Below are positions 40,236-48,913 of a stretch of 64,000 nt of DNA, piece by piece. How positions within the stretch are numbered: the first letter of the stretch is position 1; the number at the start of each line of letters is the position of its first letter. A program made the translations under genes and the position numbers. The stretch comes from a virus (taxonomy: Duplodnaviria > Heunggongvirae > Uroviricota > Caudoviricetes), in the IMG/VR virus record IMGVR_UViG_3300045988_003495; one strand, given 5' to 3'. The notes under the pieces were generated by a model, which saw only the letters and a list, made by a program, of their open reading frames with translations, had not been told where the DNA came from and ran no database searches.

Positions 40236-40700
40236 ATGAACAATATCATTACGGTAGCACTGGACGATACGGTAAACAAATCTGCAATAGTTCGTAAAAT
40301 GATTCAAGGTAACTTTGAAGGTAAAATTTTTCGTGCTGTTAATGTAAAAGCTGATGGCAGCATTCGTGAATATCGTGCATTATTGAATGTTAAAAAACAC
40401 GTAAAAGGTGCTGGTTCAACTACTGCACACAAAGAAAACCTGATGACTATCTATGATATGGGCAAGGCTTCAGAGTTAGGTGCTGAAGGTATCGTTAAAG
40501 AAGGTGCTCCGTATCGCTCTTTCAATCTGGAAACTACTCTTATGCTTTCCTTTACAAGTGGTTCTAAAACAATCACTTATCTCTTTACTGATGCTGCAAC
40601 GGTATCTGCTATTAAGGATAGCACTGTCAAAGCTGGCGTAGTTGCTGCTGCAAAAGCTTCTTCGATGGCTGCGAATATCCTTGCTAAAGTCCTCGGTTAA
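40236..40700 (+). CDS. hypothetical protein
   Basis: 154-aa ORF followed by terminator. Confidence 0.45.
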   Translation: MNNIITVALDDTVNKSAIVRKMIQGNFEGKIFRAVNVKADGSIREYRALLNVKKHVKGAGSTTAHKENLMTIYDMGKASELGAEGIVKEGAPYRSFNLETTLMLSFTSGSKTITYLFTDAATVSAIKDSTVKAGVVAAAKASSMAANILAKVLG

Positions 40701-40712
40701 GGTTAAGATACA

Positions 40713-40735
40713 GGCTCCTTCGGGAGCCTTTTTCA
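40713..40735 (+). terminator. rho-independent terminator
   Basis: aggctcc-ttcg-ggagcct followed by ttttt. Confidence 0.6.
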
Positions 40736-40752
40736 TTTTAGGAGATTGTTAA

Positions 40753-41100
40753 ATGACATTTAAAGAGTTCTGTCAAGCTACTTTCATAATTGTTTTCTTA
40801 GTTGGTGCAGGTGTCTGGGGAGGATACTCTTACAGAGACTATCAAGTTGCTGAAACTGAGCTAAATAATGAGAAACTAATAAGTGTTGCTAAAGATGCTT
40901 ATCAGGAAGGTTTAGCCACACTCAGCACCAATTACAAAAATGATTTGAAAGATGTGCTTGCTAAGAATAAGCATACAAAAGAGGTACTAACATATGAAAA
41001 AACTAAGCCAGAGTTTTATAATGTTTGTGTTACTGATAATTATGTCAGGGTGTTCAACGAACAAAGTGAACAGTACATTCAAAAACTCCCAAGTAAGTGA
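40753..41100 (+). CDS. candidate i-spanin
   Basis: N-terminal TM anchor FIIVFLVGAGVWGG then helical periplasmic part; o-spanin-like gene overlaps its 3' end in another frame. Confidence 0.45.
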   Translation: MTFKEFCQATFIIVFLVGAGVWGGYSYRDYQVAETELNNEKLISVAKDAYQEGLATLSTNYKNDLKDVLAKNKHTKEVLTYEKTKPEFYNVCVTDNYVRVFNEQSEQYIQKLPSK

Positions 41101-41263
41101 GAGTGACAAGTACACCCAAGAAGAATCACGGTATATCATCAAAGGCAACACAGGCAGCGATGTAGCAGCAGCCCTTGAGTTCTATCGTGACGGCTTTTAC
41201 CAGTGCACAATCAAAGCTAACAACCTTATTGACATGATTTTATTAGGGAATAAGCAGCAATGA
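40994..41263 (+). CDS. candidate o-spanin (outer-membrane lipoprotein)
   Basis: lipoprotein signal with lipobox IIMSGC; starts inside 40753..41100 in a different frame. Confidence 0.5.
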   Translation: MKKLSQSFIMFVLLIIMSGCSTNKVNSTFKNSQVSESDKYTQEESRYIIKGNTGSDVAAALEFYRDGFYQCTIKANNLIDMILLGNKQQ

Positions 41264-41529
41264 CAGAGAATCAAGATACTTTTTACGTAGAAGGGTACTT
41301 ACTGTTACCACGACCAAAAGAGACTTATATGCGAATTGATTTCTCACCAACCATTATGGATAATGTGATGTGCCATATCTTTATGCAAGGTGTCACAGCA
41401 CAGCTTAAACATGTTGGTAAAGAGTGCAAAATAAAGGTTGACACTCATCCAGAAATCAAAGAGAATCACTACACATGGTTCTTACCAGATTCTAAAGAAA
41501 TCTTAGCAGTTCTAAAAACGAGGAAGTAA
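41260..41529 (+). CDS. hypothetical protein
   Basis: 89-aa ORF. Confidence 0.4.
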   Translation: MTENQDTFYVEGYLLLPRPKETYMRIDFSPTIMDNVMCHIFMQGVTAQLKHVGKECKIKVDTHPEIKENHYTWFLPDSKEILAVLKTRK

Positions 41530-41531
41530 CT

Positions 41532-41855
41532 ATGCAGATTAATGGAAGAGAATTTGTAGCCGTTTACTACGAGAAGGATAAAGAGGTTGGTGTAGCACAA
41601 GTAACCTACGGCAACGGTAAGTGGTTATATGGAACAATAGCAGTAGTAGGGACAAGGAGTGATACAAAAACCTTTAAAGATTGTGTTGACCTTCTTGAAG
41701 AATCCATCCAGAATCATTGGTGTCTGATATGGATGACTGACAACGAAGTGATGGAGCGTTTCAAAAAGATTGATATCAACATTGACAGTATTGAGCATGT
41801 TGATTTATATGAACTGACCGAAAAGGTAAACTATGAAAGCTATAGAGGTAATTGA
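41532..41855 (+). CDS. hypothetical protein
   Basis: 107-aa ORF. Confidence 0.4.
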   Translation: MQINGREFVAVYYEKDKEVGVAQVTYGNGKWLYGTIAVVGTRSDTKTFKDCVDLLEESIQNHWCLIWMTDNEVMERFKKIDINIDSIEHVDLYELTEKVNYESYRGN

Positions 41856-42060
41856 CAAAGATACTGGAGAAGTCACGTCAGCATGTGTTTTCGTGAGTCA
41901 CGACACAGTGATACCATTTTACAGCCTCGACAGTTTTAGTTTTACAGGGACAACTCCAGAGGAATACTTTGAAGACCTCACCTTTGCCAGAATTTCCATA
42001 AACACATTCTATAAATGCTTCTATGATGAAGGTAAAGAATTACGAGAAACTGAACTATAA
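41833..42060 (+). CDS. hypothetical protein
   Basis: 75-aa ORF. Confidence 0.35.
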   Translation: MKAIEVIDKDTGEVTSACVFVSHDTVIPFYSLDSFSFTGTTPEEYFEDLTFARISINTFYKCFYDEGKELRETEL

Positions 42061-42072
42061 GGTATATATTAT

Positions 42073-42273
42073 ATGGCTGACTTCTGCAAAGACTGTTCTA
42101 TCGAAATGTTCGGACGTGATACAGGTGACTTAAAAGGTCTCGTCACTGAAGATGACTTTAAAGCTGGTTATGCGATTCCAGTAATCTGTGAAGGCTGTGG
42201 GTGTATCTGGGTAGACCACGAAGGGCAACGTGTAAAGCCTTCAGAAGATAAAGAATCTTGGGAGAGATGTTAA
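42073..42273 (+). CDS. zinc-ribbon protein (hypothetical)
   Basis: CKDC ... CEGCGC. Confidence 0.4.
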   Translation: MADFCKDCSIEMFGRDTGDLKGLVTEDDFKAGYAIPVICEGCGCIWVDHEGQRVKPSEDKESWERC

Positions 42274-43059
42274 ATGGGTATTGTAAAAATCATCAAAGGT
42301 GATATCTTTGACGCCTTTGATAAAGGTAAGTTTGACATCATTGGTCATGGTTGTAACTGTATGAATTTAATGGGTGCAGGTATTGCAGCAACTATTTCTA
42401 AGCGTTATCCAAAAGTGTATGATACTGACACAGAAGTTTACCTGTTTGCAGGTGGCATTCGTCACAAACCCTGTGAAAATTTACTAGGTAATTTCTCTGT
42501 AGCACGTTTAAAACAAGGCCGTATAGCTAACCTTTACACCCAACTTCATACTGGTAAAGATGCCCGATACAGTGCTTTAGAGTCATCCTTGAAACAGCTT
42601 AACAGATACTGTGAAGTTAACCAGTTGAAGAAAGTTGGTCTACCTATGATTGGTGCAGGTATCGGTGGACTTGACCCTCAAGCTGTCACAGTTATCATTA
42701 ATCAGGTGATGAAGAGTGTAGATGTTTATCTGTATGTCTATGAAGCAAAAATGTATAATGAGTTACACTCAGGTTGGAAAAACTACTGTGAACCAGAATA
42801 CTTTGCAGGTGTAGTTGTGTTCACAGATAACGCAGTTACCCTCTTCAGACGAAGAAAAGGTAAGATACATCAAAGTAACCCTCCGGTTGAAAAGATGTCT
42901 CTAAGTAACGCTCTAGTTACCCACCTGTCGAAGAGCAATCACAGAATTGCAGTAACATTTGGCAGTGATGCAGATGCTTATATCTATGCAAGAACTGATG
43001 AGGATATTGAGTTAATCCTCTCTTCACCAGAACTTACCTTCTTAGACGCAAAGAACTAA
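42274..43059 (+). CDS. macro-domain protein (ADP-ribose binding/processing)
   Basis: N-terminal GDIFDAF...DIIGHGCNCMNLMGAGIAATI resembles the macro-domain glycine-rich ADP-ribose pocket. Confidence 0.5.
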   Translation: MGIVKIIKGDIFDAFDKGKFDIIGHGCNCMNLMGAGIAATISKRYPKVYDTDTEVYLFAGGIRHKPCENLLGNFSVARLKQGRIANLYTQLHTGKDARYSALESSLKQLNRYCEVNQLKKVGLPMIGAGIGGLDPQAVTVIINQVMKSVDVYLYVYEAKMYNELHSGWKNYCEPEYFAGVVVFTDNAVTLFRRRKGKIHQSNPPVEKMSLSNALVTHLSKSNHRIAVTFGSDADAYIYARTDEDIELILSSPELTFLDAKN

Positions 43060-43107
43060 GAAACTTCGTAGTATATTCACAATAGACTAAGCCTTTCTTA
43101 TCTGGTA

Positions 43108-43326
43108 AATTTTTCAGGTAAGGAGGGCTTTTTCATTTCAGATTTGTGCAGGTAGAGTTCTGTAGAGAAATCTATAGAGAAAATTTTGAACTCCAAAGAG
43201 AAAATTCATTTTCAAACTGTGCAGGTAATCTCCAAAGGGTTTTTTCATTTTCAAAACGTGCAGAGAAAAATCAGGTCGGGCAAGAAAAATCATTTTAGAA
43301 TTGTGCAGGTAGGTGGGGGTAGGTGG
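43108..43326. repeat. array of four to five direct repeats CATTTTCA-RAWY-TGTGCAGGTA plus tandem ggtaggtggg
   Basis: copies near 43131, 43205, 43245, 43288; ggtaggtggg x2 at 43307-43326. Confidence 0.6.
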
Positions 43327-43488
43327 GACTGTCGCCATTTCTCACAAGGCTACCACATCTGAAAATAAAAGTCAACAGAAAAATTTGTAGCGGATTGAAA
43401 AATAATTCTTGATTGTAGTTCTGTTTTGTGGTAGTCGCGCGCACCCGTTTCATTACAATTTTTGCAAAAAATATTTTTAAAAATTTTC

Positions 43489-43517
43489 TTGACTCTTTGA
43501 ACTGGGTTATCTAATAT
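43489..43517 (+). promoter_or_regulatory. sigma70-type promoter (TTGACT-N17-TAATAT)
   Basis: -35 at 43489-43494, -10 at 43512-43517; upstream of first gene of the small-gene array. Confidence 0.55.
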
Positions 43518-43569
43518 TTGCATCAGACGGGGCGACAAGCTCAACAACCTTAAACTAGGAGATTCAAAA

Positions 43570-43953
43570 ATGGCATATCGTGCACCTAAATTCATCAACA
43601 AAGACAACTTTCGCAACGCACTGGAGAAGTCACTTGATGAAAATTTTAAAGGTAACATTATCGTTGTTCACGCATTCAATTTTAAGTATGATGTAAACGG
43701 GAATAGAATCAACCATTACACGGCAACCATGTTAGATGGTACACTTTCAAGTGAAAAAGCCGTACTAAATGCACTGGCAGGACGTGGAAAGGTATTAGTA
43801 AGATGTGATAAGAGACGTTATCAGGGCGGTGCATATGGTTATGATGATGCTGTTTACCATCTTGAAAATATGGGCTATCAAGTAGAAAAAGCTGGAGCAT
43901 CACAAATCATCGGCAGTGATGGTTATGTAACTATCTTCAAAATTAACAAATAA
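43570..43953 (+). CDS. hypothetical early protein
   Basis: 127 aa; RBS taggag; ends in the conserved KINK* that starts the repeat cassette. Confidence 0.45.
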   Translation: MAYRAPKFINKDNFRNALEKSLDENFKGNIIVVHAFNFKYDVNGNRINHYTATMLDGTLSSEKAVLNALAGRGKVLVRCDKRRYQGGAYGYDDAVYHLENMGYQVEKAGASQIIGSDGYVTIFKINK

Positions 43954-44039
43954 AGTACTTTACAAGGGGCTTATAGTTCGATAAAGTAAGCCCCAGATAA
44001 AGAGCTTTACTACTCAATCCTAAATTGGAGAACTTAAAA
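43954..44039 (+). repeat. intergenic cassette type I (hairpin ggggctta...taagcccc plus conserved leader and RBS)
   Basis: hairpin 43966-43994; near-identical copies at 46196-46280 and 47330-47414. Confidence 0.6.
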
Positions 44040-44333
44040 ATGGCTATTATCAAAAACGTTGTAATTACTGCAAAGACTCGTGATGACGCTCGCGTTATGG
44101 CTAAAAAGTTATGCGGTAAAGTGGTTGACAACGGAAAACAATCTGCTGTAAGGTGGGGCGTGAAGGTTGATAAACAGTTGAAGTTAAAAAATTCACCGAT
44201 AAACCTTTTTACATGTGTAAACACTATCGGGAAGACAAATGTATACACGAAAAAGGCATACATTAGACGCGTAGCATTAACATCCCCCATTCGTACAATG
44301 AGAAGTTATGCAAAGCTGAAAATTAACAAATAA
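44040..44333 (+). CDS. hypothetical early protein
   Basis: ATG at 44040 after ttggagaac RBS; also ends KINK*. Confidence 0.4.
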   Translation: MAIIKNVVITAKTRDDARVMAKKLCGKVVDNGKQSAVRWGVKVDKQLKLKNSPINLFTCVNTIGKTNVYTKKAYIRRVALTSPIRTMRSYAKLKINK

Positions 44334-44418
44334 AGTACTTTACAGGGGGCTTAAAAGTTGATATCTTAAGCCCCAGATAAAGAGCTTTACTACTCAATCC
44401 TAAATTGGAGATTCAAAA
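44334..44418 (+). repeat. intergenic cassette type I variant
   Basis: hairpin ggggcttaa...ttaagcccc at 44346-44374; stem sequence altered but pairing kept. Confidence 0.55.
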
Positions 44419-44931
44419 ATGAAAACTGTAGACGCTACCTTTGAAGTTGTAAAAGAAAAATTCACTATTATTTATGAAGCTGTCAATTGCTTTGAAGCAA
44501 GCCATAATCTTGATAATTGGAAGTTTACAGATGACCATCAAGGCGGCGTGACTGTTAAAAATCCTAACTGTCAGCGTAATGAATTTAAATATGCAATCCC
44601 TTTACATTACAGCCTTAAACAGCTTTCAAGTGACTATGCAAAACAAGGCCGTGAGAATCCATCGAAAGAGGCTTACACGAGCTTACAGAAAGAACTAGAA
44701 AGAGATTTAGAGGCTTCAGAGTATAACCTTGCCGCGAAAGTTGTGGATGCAAACGGTAGCACGGTTTTAGAAAGTTTTTATCTTGGTTATGCTTTCGATT
44801 GGTGCTATCGTGACGGCGATGATTTAGAGGATAGACTAAAAGAAGAGGTGAACAACGCAGACGCAGAATCTGAAGTATTAGAACGTTTGGAATCGTTGAA
44901 AGACTCAGTGATGAATATCTTTAAGAACTAA
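44419..44931 (+). CDS. hypothetical early protein
   Basis: 170-aa ORF. Confidence 0.45.
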   Translation: MKTVDATFEVVKEKFTIIYEAVNCFEASHNLDNWKFTDDHQGGVTVKNPNCQRNEFKYAIPLHYSLKQLSSDYAKQGRENPSKEAYTSLQKELERDLEASEYNLAAKVVDANGSTVLESFYLGYAFDWCYRDGDDLEDRLKEEVNNADAESEVLERLESLKDSVMNIFKN

Positions 44932-45023
44932 ATAGATTCCTTTACACGGGGTTATCAAGCTGGTAGGATAGCCCCAGATAAAGAGATTTATCAAATAAAG
45001 CCCTTAAACTAGGAGATTCTAAA
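44932..45023 (+). repeat. intergenic cassette type I variant
   Basis: hairpin ggggttatc...gatagcccc at 44948-44974 then conserved leader and RBS. Confidence 0.5.
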
Positions 45024-45320
45024 ATGAAATTATCAAATAAAGTCCGTGAAAATTTAAGCAAGTTACTTAATAAAATTGATTTCATTGAAACATCAAGGAA
45101 TAGTCATGATGTTATGGAATGGTTACACGGAAAAATCAAAGGCCGTCGTGTAGTGATTTGCTTATGGAACAGTTGCAGGGAGTATAAAAAACCTGTATTG
45201 CAAGTCAATATTTATGATGATACTTTTAAAAGTCCTGTAAAATCTAAAAGCGATTTATTAGAATCCTATGAGATAACTGTAAATGGCAAAGTATCACGTA
45301 AAGAGGAAACACCATGTTAA
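45024..45320 (+). CDS. hypothetical early protein
   Basis: 98-aa ORF. Confidence 0.4.
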   Translation: MKLSNKVRENLSKLLNKIDFIETSRNSHDVMEWLHGKIKGRRVVICLWNSCREYKKPVLQVNIYDDTFKSPVKSKSDLLESYEITVNGKVSRKEETPC

Positions 45321-45646
45321 TGACTGGTATCACTGCAATCATTGCCATTTTCGCTCTATATAAGGCATATAAAGCCTATAATCTAGCAAATAAGGCAACC
45401 ACCCAGCAGGTTAGCAATAGCCTTGTAGAAAGATTTCTAGGGCGTTTAAGTGATGAGCAAATAAAGCGGCTAGAGATGAGCTTCAGATATAAAGCGAAAA
45501 CCTATCAGATAAGTGACATCTTCAAAGATAATTTTCAGTTAGTTGATGATTATAATTCTCTGATAAATGCTTTAAATGTCAGTGACTTAAAAGACTACTA
45601 CGCTGTAATTGTTCAAGAATTGAGCAAACGAAAACAAAACTGTTGA
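45314..45646 (+). CDS. hypothetical early protein
   Basis: 110-aa ORF with N-terminal TM-like segment. Confidence 0.4.
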   Translation: MLMTGITAIIAIFALYKAYKAYNLANKATTQQVSNSLVERFLGRLSDEQIKRLEMSFRYKAKTYQISDIFKDNFQLVDDYNSLINALNVSDLKDYYAVIVQELSKRKQNC

Positions 45647-45736
45647 CACTGGTTTTTAGATAGATTAAATTACACATCAACGGGGAGGGAATGACCTTCC
45701 CCACTAAATAAAGCCCTTAAACTAGGAGATTCAAAA
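45643..45736 (+). promoter_or_regulatory. cassette type II: promoter TTGACA-N17-TAAATT plus leader hairpin ggggagggaatgaccttcccc plus RBS
   Basis: -35 at 45643-45648; hairpin 45682-45702; copies at 46696-46787 and 48258-48349, diverged copy 48724-48913. Confidence 0.55.
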
Positions 45737-45895
45737 ATGTTTTGTGCAGGTGATAAAGTTGTCTGGAATGATATAGATGACGGTTTATGTACGAAAGTTG
45801 TTGTTATCTTAGAAATTGATTATATCACTGGTGTTGCAACTGTAGCAGATAATGATATAATCTTTGATGTCTTAATTAGTGAACTGTCAAAATAA
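45737..45895 (+). CDS. hypothetical small protein (52 aa)
   Basis: ATG after conserved taggagattcaaaa RBS; below ORF-track cutoff. Confidence 0.3.
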   Translation: MFCAGDKVVWNDIDDGLCTKVVVILEIDYITGVATVADNDIIFDVLISELSK

Positions 45896-45921
45896 AATCC
45901 TTAAACTAGGAGATTCTGAAA

Positions 45922-46194
45922 ATGTATACTACTAACAACGGTCGCACTTTAAACGTAACCCTGCGTCACTATGTGAATGGTGTGATGCACTTTGATGATT
46001 TACAAGCTGAGCAACACATCTTAAATTGGCAAGTTGCAGGACTCCAAAAAACTGCTACAGGATACGGGAAAAAGATTCCAACCAGTTGGAAAGTATACTA
46101 CAAAGGACGTTTGCGCAGAATTTATCAAGACGTGCAAAGCAATAGCGCATCGAGTTACATTATAGTAAAAGGCAAAAAACTGCATTTAATGTAA
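45922..46194 (+). CDS. hypothetical early protein
   Basis: 90-aa ORF with conserved RBS. Confidence 0.4.
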   Translation: MYTTNNGRTLNVTLRHYVNGVMHFDDLQAEQHILNWQVAGLQKTATGYGKKIPTSWKVYYKGRLRRIYQDVQSNSASSYIIVKGKKLHLM

Positions 46195-46195
46195 A

Positions 46196-46280
46196 GCACT
46201 TTACAAGGGGCTTATAGTTCGATAAAGTAAGCCCCAGATAAAGAGCTTTACTACTCAATCCTAAATTGGAGAACTTAAAA
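46196..46280 (+). repeat. intergenic cassette type I (near-identical to 43954-44039)
   Basis: hairpin 46207-46235. Confidence 0.6.
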
Positions 46281-46685
46281 ATGGCTATTAATAACCGTGA
46301 ATTATCAATTTTAAAAGCACGTTTGACCGTTAACCGGATTAATGTTATCACGTCATCAGCACCAGATGAAACACTGCAAAACATTATTGGGAAGATTCAA
46401 AGTGTTATCTTAGACGTTGAAAGCGTAAAAAACTCATTGACTGACGTTGCAGCAGGTATCACGCTAGACGGTGCACAACATGAAATGGCCGACATGTTAG
46501 GCAAATCTAAGGTAATGAATAAAGAGTTAGATTTGAAAATGTTCCGATTTGCTGTTAAAGTGTGGTTATCTGTCGAGTATGATGCTAACTTTGCAATCGC
46601 TGACTTTTTTGCCACTTGGTTGCAGCGTAATTTGGCAAATCACGATTTCCGTAATATCTGCGATGCAATTTATGCAGAACTATAA
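46281..46685 (+). CDS. hypothetical early protein
   Basis: ATG at 46281; 134 aa. Confidence 0.4.
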   Translation: MAINNRELSILKARLTVNRINVITSSAPDETLQNIIGKIQSVILDVESVKNSLTDVAAGITLDGAQHEMADMLGKSKVMNKELDLKMFRFAVKVWLSVEYDANFAIADFFATWLQRNLANHDFRNICDAIYAEL

Positions 46686-46695
46686 AAAATTTTTG

Positions 46696-46787
46696 TTGAC
46701 ACTGATTTTTAGATAGGCTAAATTACACATCAACGGGGAGGGAATGACCTTCCCCACTAAATAAAGTCCTAAACTGGAGATTCAAAA
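46696..46787 (+). promoter_or_regulatory. cassette type II copy (promoter plus leader hairpin plus RBS)
   Basis: -35 at 46696-46701, -10 taaatt, hairpin ggggagggaatgaccttcccc. Confidence 0.55.
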
Positions 46788-46991
46788 ATGGCTATTATTA
46801 ATGGTTTAACCATTGAAACTACACACATCAAAGATATCAAAGTTGGTGATATAGTCCTTTCCCACGGCGTAGAAAAAACTGTCACTGCAAAGGATATCAA
46901 AGAGGATTCTTTCATGGGTAGGACTCTCTTCGGTGATTCTTATTGCTTAGGCTATCTTGCAGTTTTAAAAGTTGTCAAAAATAACAAATAA
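46788..46991 (+). CDS. hypothetical early protein
   Basis: 67-aa ORF. Confidence 0.4.
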   Translation: MAIINGLTIETTHIKDIKVGDIVLSHGVEKTVTAKDIKEDSFMGRTLFGDSYCLGYLAVLKVVKNNK

Positions 46992-47078
46992 AGTACTTTA
47001 CAAGGGGCTTAAAAGTTGATAACTTAAGCCCCAGATAAAGAACTTTACCACTAAATCCTAAACTGGAGATTCTAAAAA
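46992..47078 (+). repeat. intergenic cassette type I variant
   Basis: hairpin ggggcttaa...ttaagcccc at 47004-47032. Confidence 0.55.
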
Positions 47079-47327
47079 ATGATGAACTACTTTAACATTC
47101 CCGATACCTGTAGATTATTGACACAAGAAGAAAATTTGGGTAAACCTTTCATTTACCACATGCCAGATAACACGGCAAAAACTTATAGTTACAATGTTAA
47201 CCGTTTCACCGCATACGCTGCAAAGAACGGCTATAGGTTGGTTACTCAAAAAGTAATGCTGGTTACAACTGCTGGCGAGATTCCTACAGTTGCAGTCAAA
47301 CTAGTTTTCTCAAAGAAAGTTAAATAA
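47079..47327 (+). CDS. hypothetical early protein
   Basis: 82-aa ORF. Confidence 0.4.
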   Translation: MMNYFNIPDTCRLLTQEENLGKPFIYHMPDNTAKTYSYNVNRFTAYAAKNGYRLVTQKVMLVTTAGEIPTVAVKLVFSKKVK

Positions 47328-47329
47328 AG

Positions 47330-47414
47330 CACTTTACAAGGGGCTTATAGTTCGATAAAGTAAGCCCCAGATAAAGAGCTTTACCACTCAATCCTTAAAC
47401 TAGGAGATTCAAAA
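47330..47414 (+). repeat. intergenic cassette type I copy
   Basis: hairpin 47340-47368. Confidence 0.6.
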
Positions 47415-47957
47415 ATGAAATGTTATCACGGAACTACTCAAGAAAATTTCCTCAACCTGATTAATAACGGTGATAAACCATCAGGCGCATGGAATTGTTC
47501 GGATATGGACGGCAATTTTTACGTGTATCCAGAAAATAAAATCTATGGCGACGATGATGAAGAGATAACATCGGAGGGCATTCAGCAAGCTCTAGGGAAC
47601 GCCACTATTACGGCGGCCTTCCAGATGAAAACCCAAAATATTGTTATCTTAGAACTCGATATTCCAGATGATGAGCTAAATGATGATTATTCTTGTGATA
47701 ATATGTCGAGTGTAGCAAGTTTTACAGAGTACTTTGATGTAAACTGGATTAAAAAGGTCTATACAACAGAGTTTAACGCTATGTATTCGCCTTTTTGTCT
47801 TCCTTCACTGGATAACCCAAATATGAACTATCTTGATGAGACATTAGAACTACTTGCTAAAAGTGTTCAACAGTCGGACAGTATTCAGGTTTTTTGTGAC
47901 ATCATAGATACACTGACAGGAAACATTGCAGAAGAGGATTTAAAGAGCTTTTTCTAA
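47415..47957 (+). CDS. hypothetical acidic protein
   Basis: 180 aa, rich in Asp/Glu clusters (GDDDEEITSEG, DIPDDELNDDYSCDN). Confidence 0.45.
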   Translation: MKCYHGTTQENFLNLINNGDKPSGAWNCSDMDGNFYVYPENKIYGDDDEEITSEGIQQALGNATITAAFQMKTQNIVILELDIPDDELNDDYSCDNMSSVASFTEYFDVNWIKKVYTTEFNAMYSPFCLPSLDNPNMNYLDETLELLAKSVQQSDSIQVFCDIIDTLTGNIAEEDLKSFF

Positions 47958-47988
47958 AAACCTATGCAATCACCTTATAGACACTAAT

Positions 47989-48010
47989 CAGCCCCTTGTA
48001 GGGGCTTTTA
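47989..48010 (+). terminator. rho-independent terminator
   Basis: agcccc-ttgta-ggggct followed by ttt. Confidence 0.55.
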
Positions 48011-48023
48011 GAGGGCTTAAATC

Positions 48024-48257
48024 ATGCTTACAACCGTTTACCTCATCCTTTCTATTTGTAACGGTCATTCATGCGATTTTAAAGGGCTTGAAGAGTTTAC
48101 AGGAAGTAAAGAAAATGCTATTCAAGTTTGCCAGATAGCAAGGAAAGACTATCCCGCTAGTGATGATATACAATGTTACTTTAAGACAGAAGATGACGAC
48201 GGAATCTATTTCGACAGTGTTGACGGTAAATATGAAATTATCATTGAAAAAGACTAG
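48024..48257 (+). CDS. hypothetical early protein
   Basis: 77-aa ORF. Confidence 0.4.
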   Translation: MLTTVYLILSICNGHSCDFKGLEEFTGSKENAIQVCQIARKDYPASDDIQCYFKTEDDDGIYFDSVDGKYEIIIEKD

Positions 48258-48349
48258 ACAAGCCCGATAAAAGTCTGTAAATTGTCAATCAACGGGGAGG
48301 GAATGACCTTCCCCACTAAGTAAAGTCCTTAAACTAGGAGATTCTAAAA
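48258..48349 (+). repeat. cassette type II copy (leader hairpin ggggagggaatgaccttcccc plus RBS)
   Basis: hairpin 48294-48314. Confidence 0.5.
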
Positions 48350-48691
48350 ATGGCTTATGTAACCGTAATTACCGATAAAGCTGGCGCATCTTGGTCAACT
48401 CAGGTTAGTGATAAGATGTCACCTATGCAGTGCCTAAAATACTTTGAACAGTGGAACAAAGGCGAGGACACAAGCCCCTTTCAAGTGATGCAGATTATCC
48501 ATGTAGATAACGAAGGGAATAAAACGGTTTTAAATAGTGAGTACTACGCAAGCCGTTTTGAAACGAGAAGTAAAACAATGAAGCTTTTACGTGAATCCGG
48601 TTATGCCCATATCGCCGCGTTAATCTGGGATGACCTGCTAAAAAACCAACGTATCAGCTATGTAAAACCTGAAAAAATATTCATCAGTTAA
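48350..48691 (+). CDS. hypothetical early protein
   Basis: 113-aa ORF. Confidence 0.4.
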   Translation: MAYVTVITDKAGASWSTQVSDKMSPMQCLKYFEQWNKGEDTSPFQVMQIIHVDNEGNKTVLNSEYYASRFETRSKTMKLLRESGYAHIAALIWDDLLKNQRISYVKPEKIFIS

Positions 48692-48913
48692 TCAATAACT
48701 TACAAAAAACTTTTAAAAAAGTGTTGACAATACCCCTTGACATTGGTAACTTTGTTCGAGGGGGTTTATCTAAAAGGGATTCACTTAAAAGATTCTTTAT
48801 AGATAAGCTCAAAAAATTACTTGCAATCAACTATCAAAACAAGTAAATTACTAATCAACGGGAAGGCAATAACCTCCCCACTAAATAAAACCCTTAAACT
48901 AGGAGATTCAAAA

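Noticed and set aside
43138-43658. Minus-strand ORFs 43138..43338 and 43350..43658 as genes
   Set aside because: They run through the direct-repeat array and the array promoter, lack RBS, and the second overlaps the plus-strand gene 43570..43953; likely spurious.
43954-48913. Possible CRISPR-like array of 85-95 bp repeats
   Set aside because: The repeats are separated by protein-coding ORFs of 150-550 bp with RBS and start codons and contain promoter or hairpin elements; they are intergenic regulatory cassettes.
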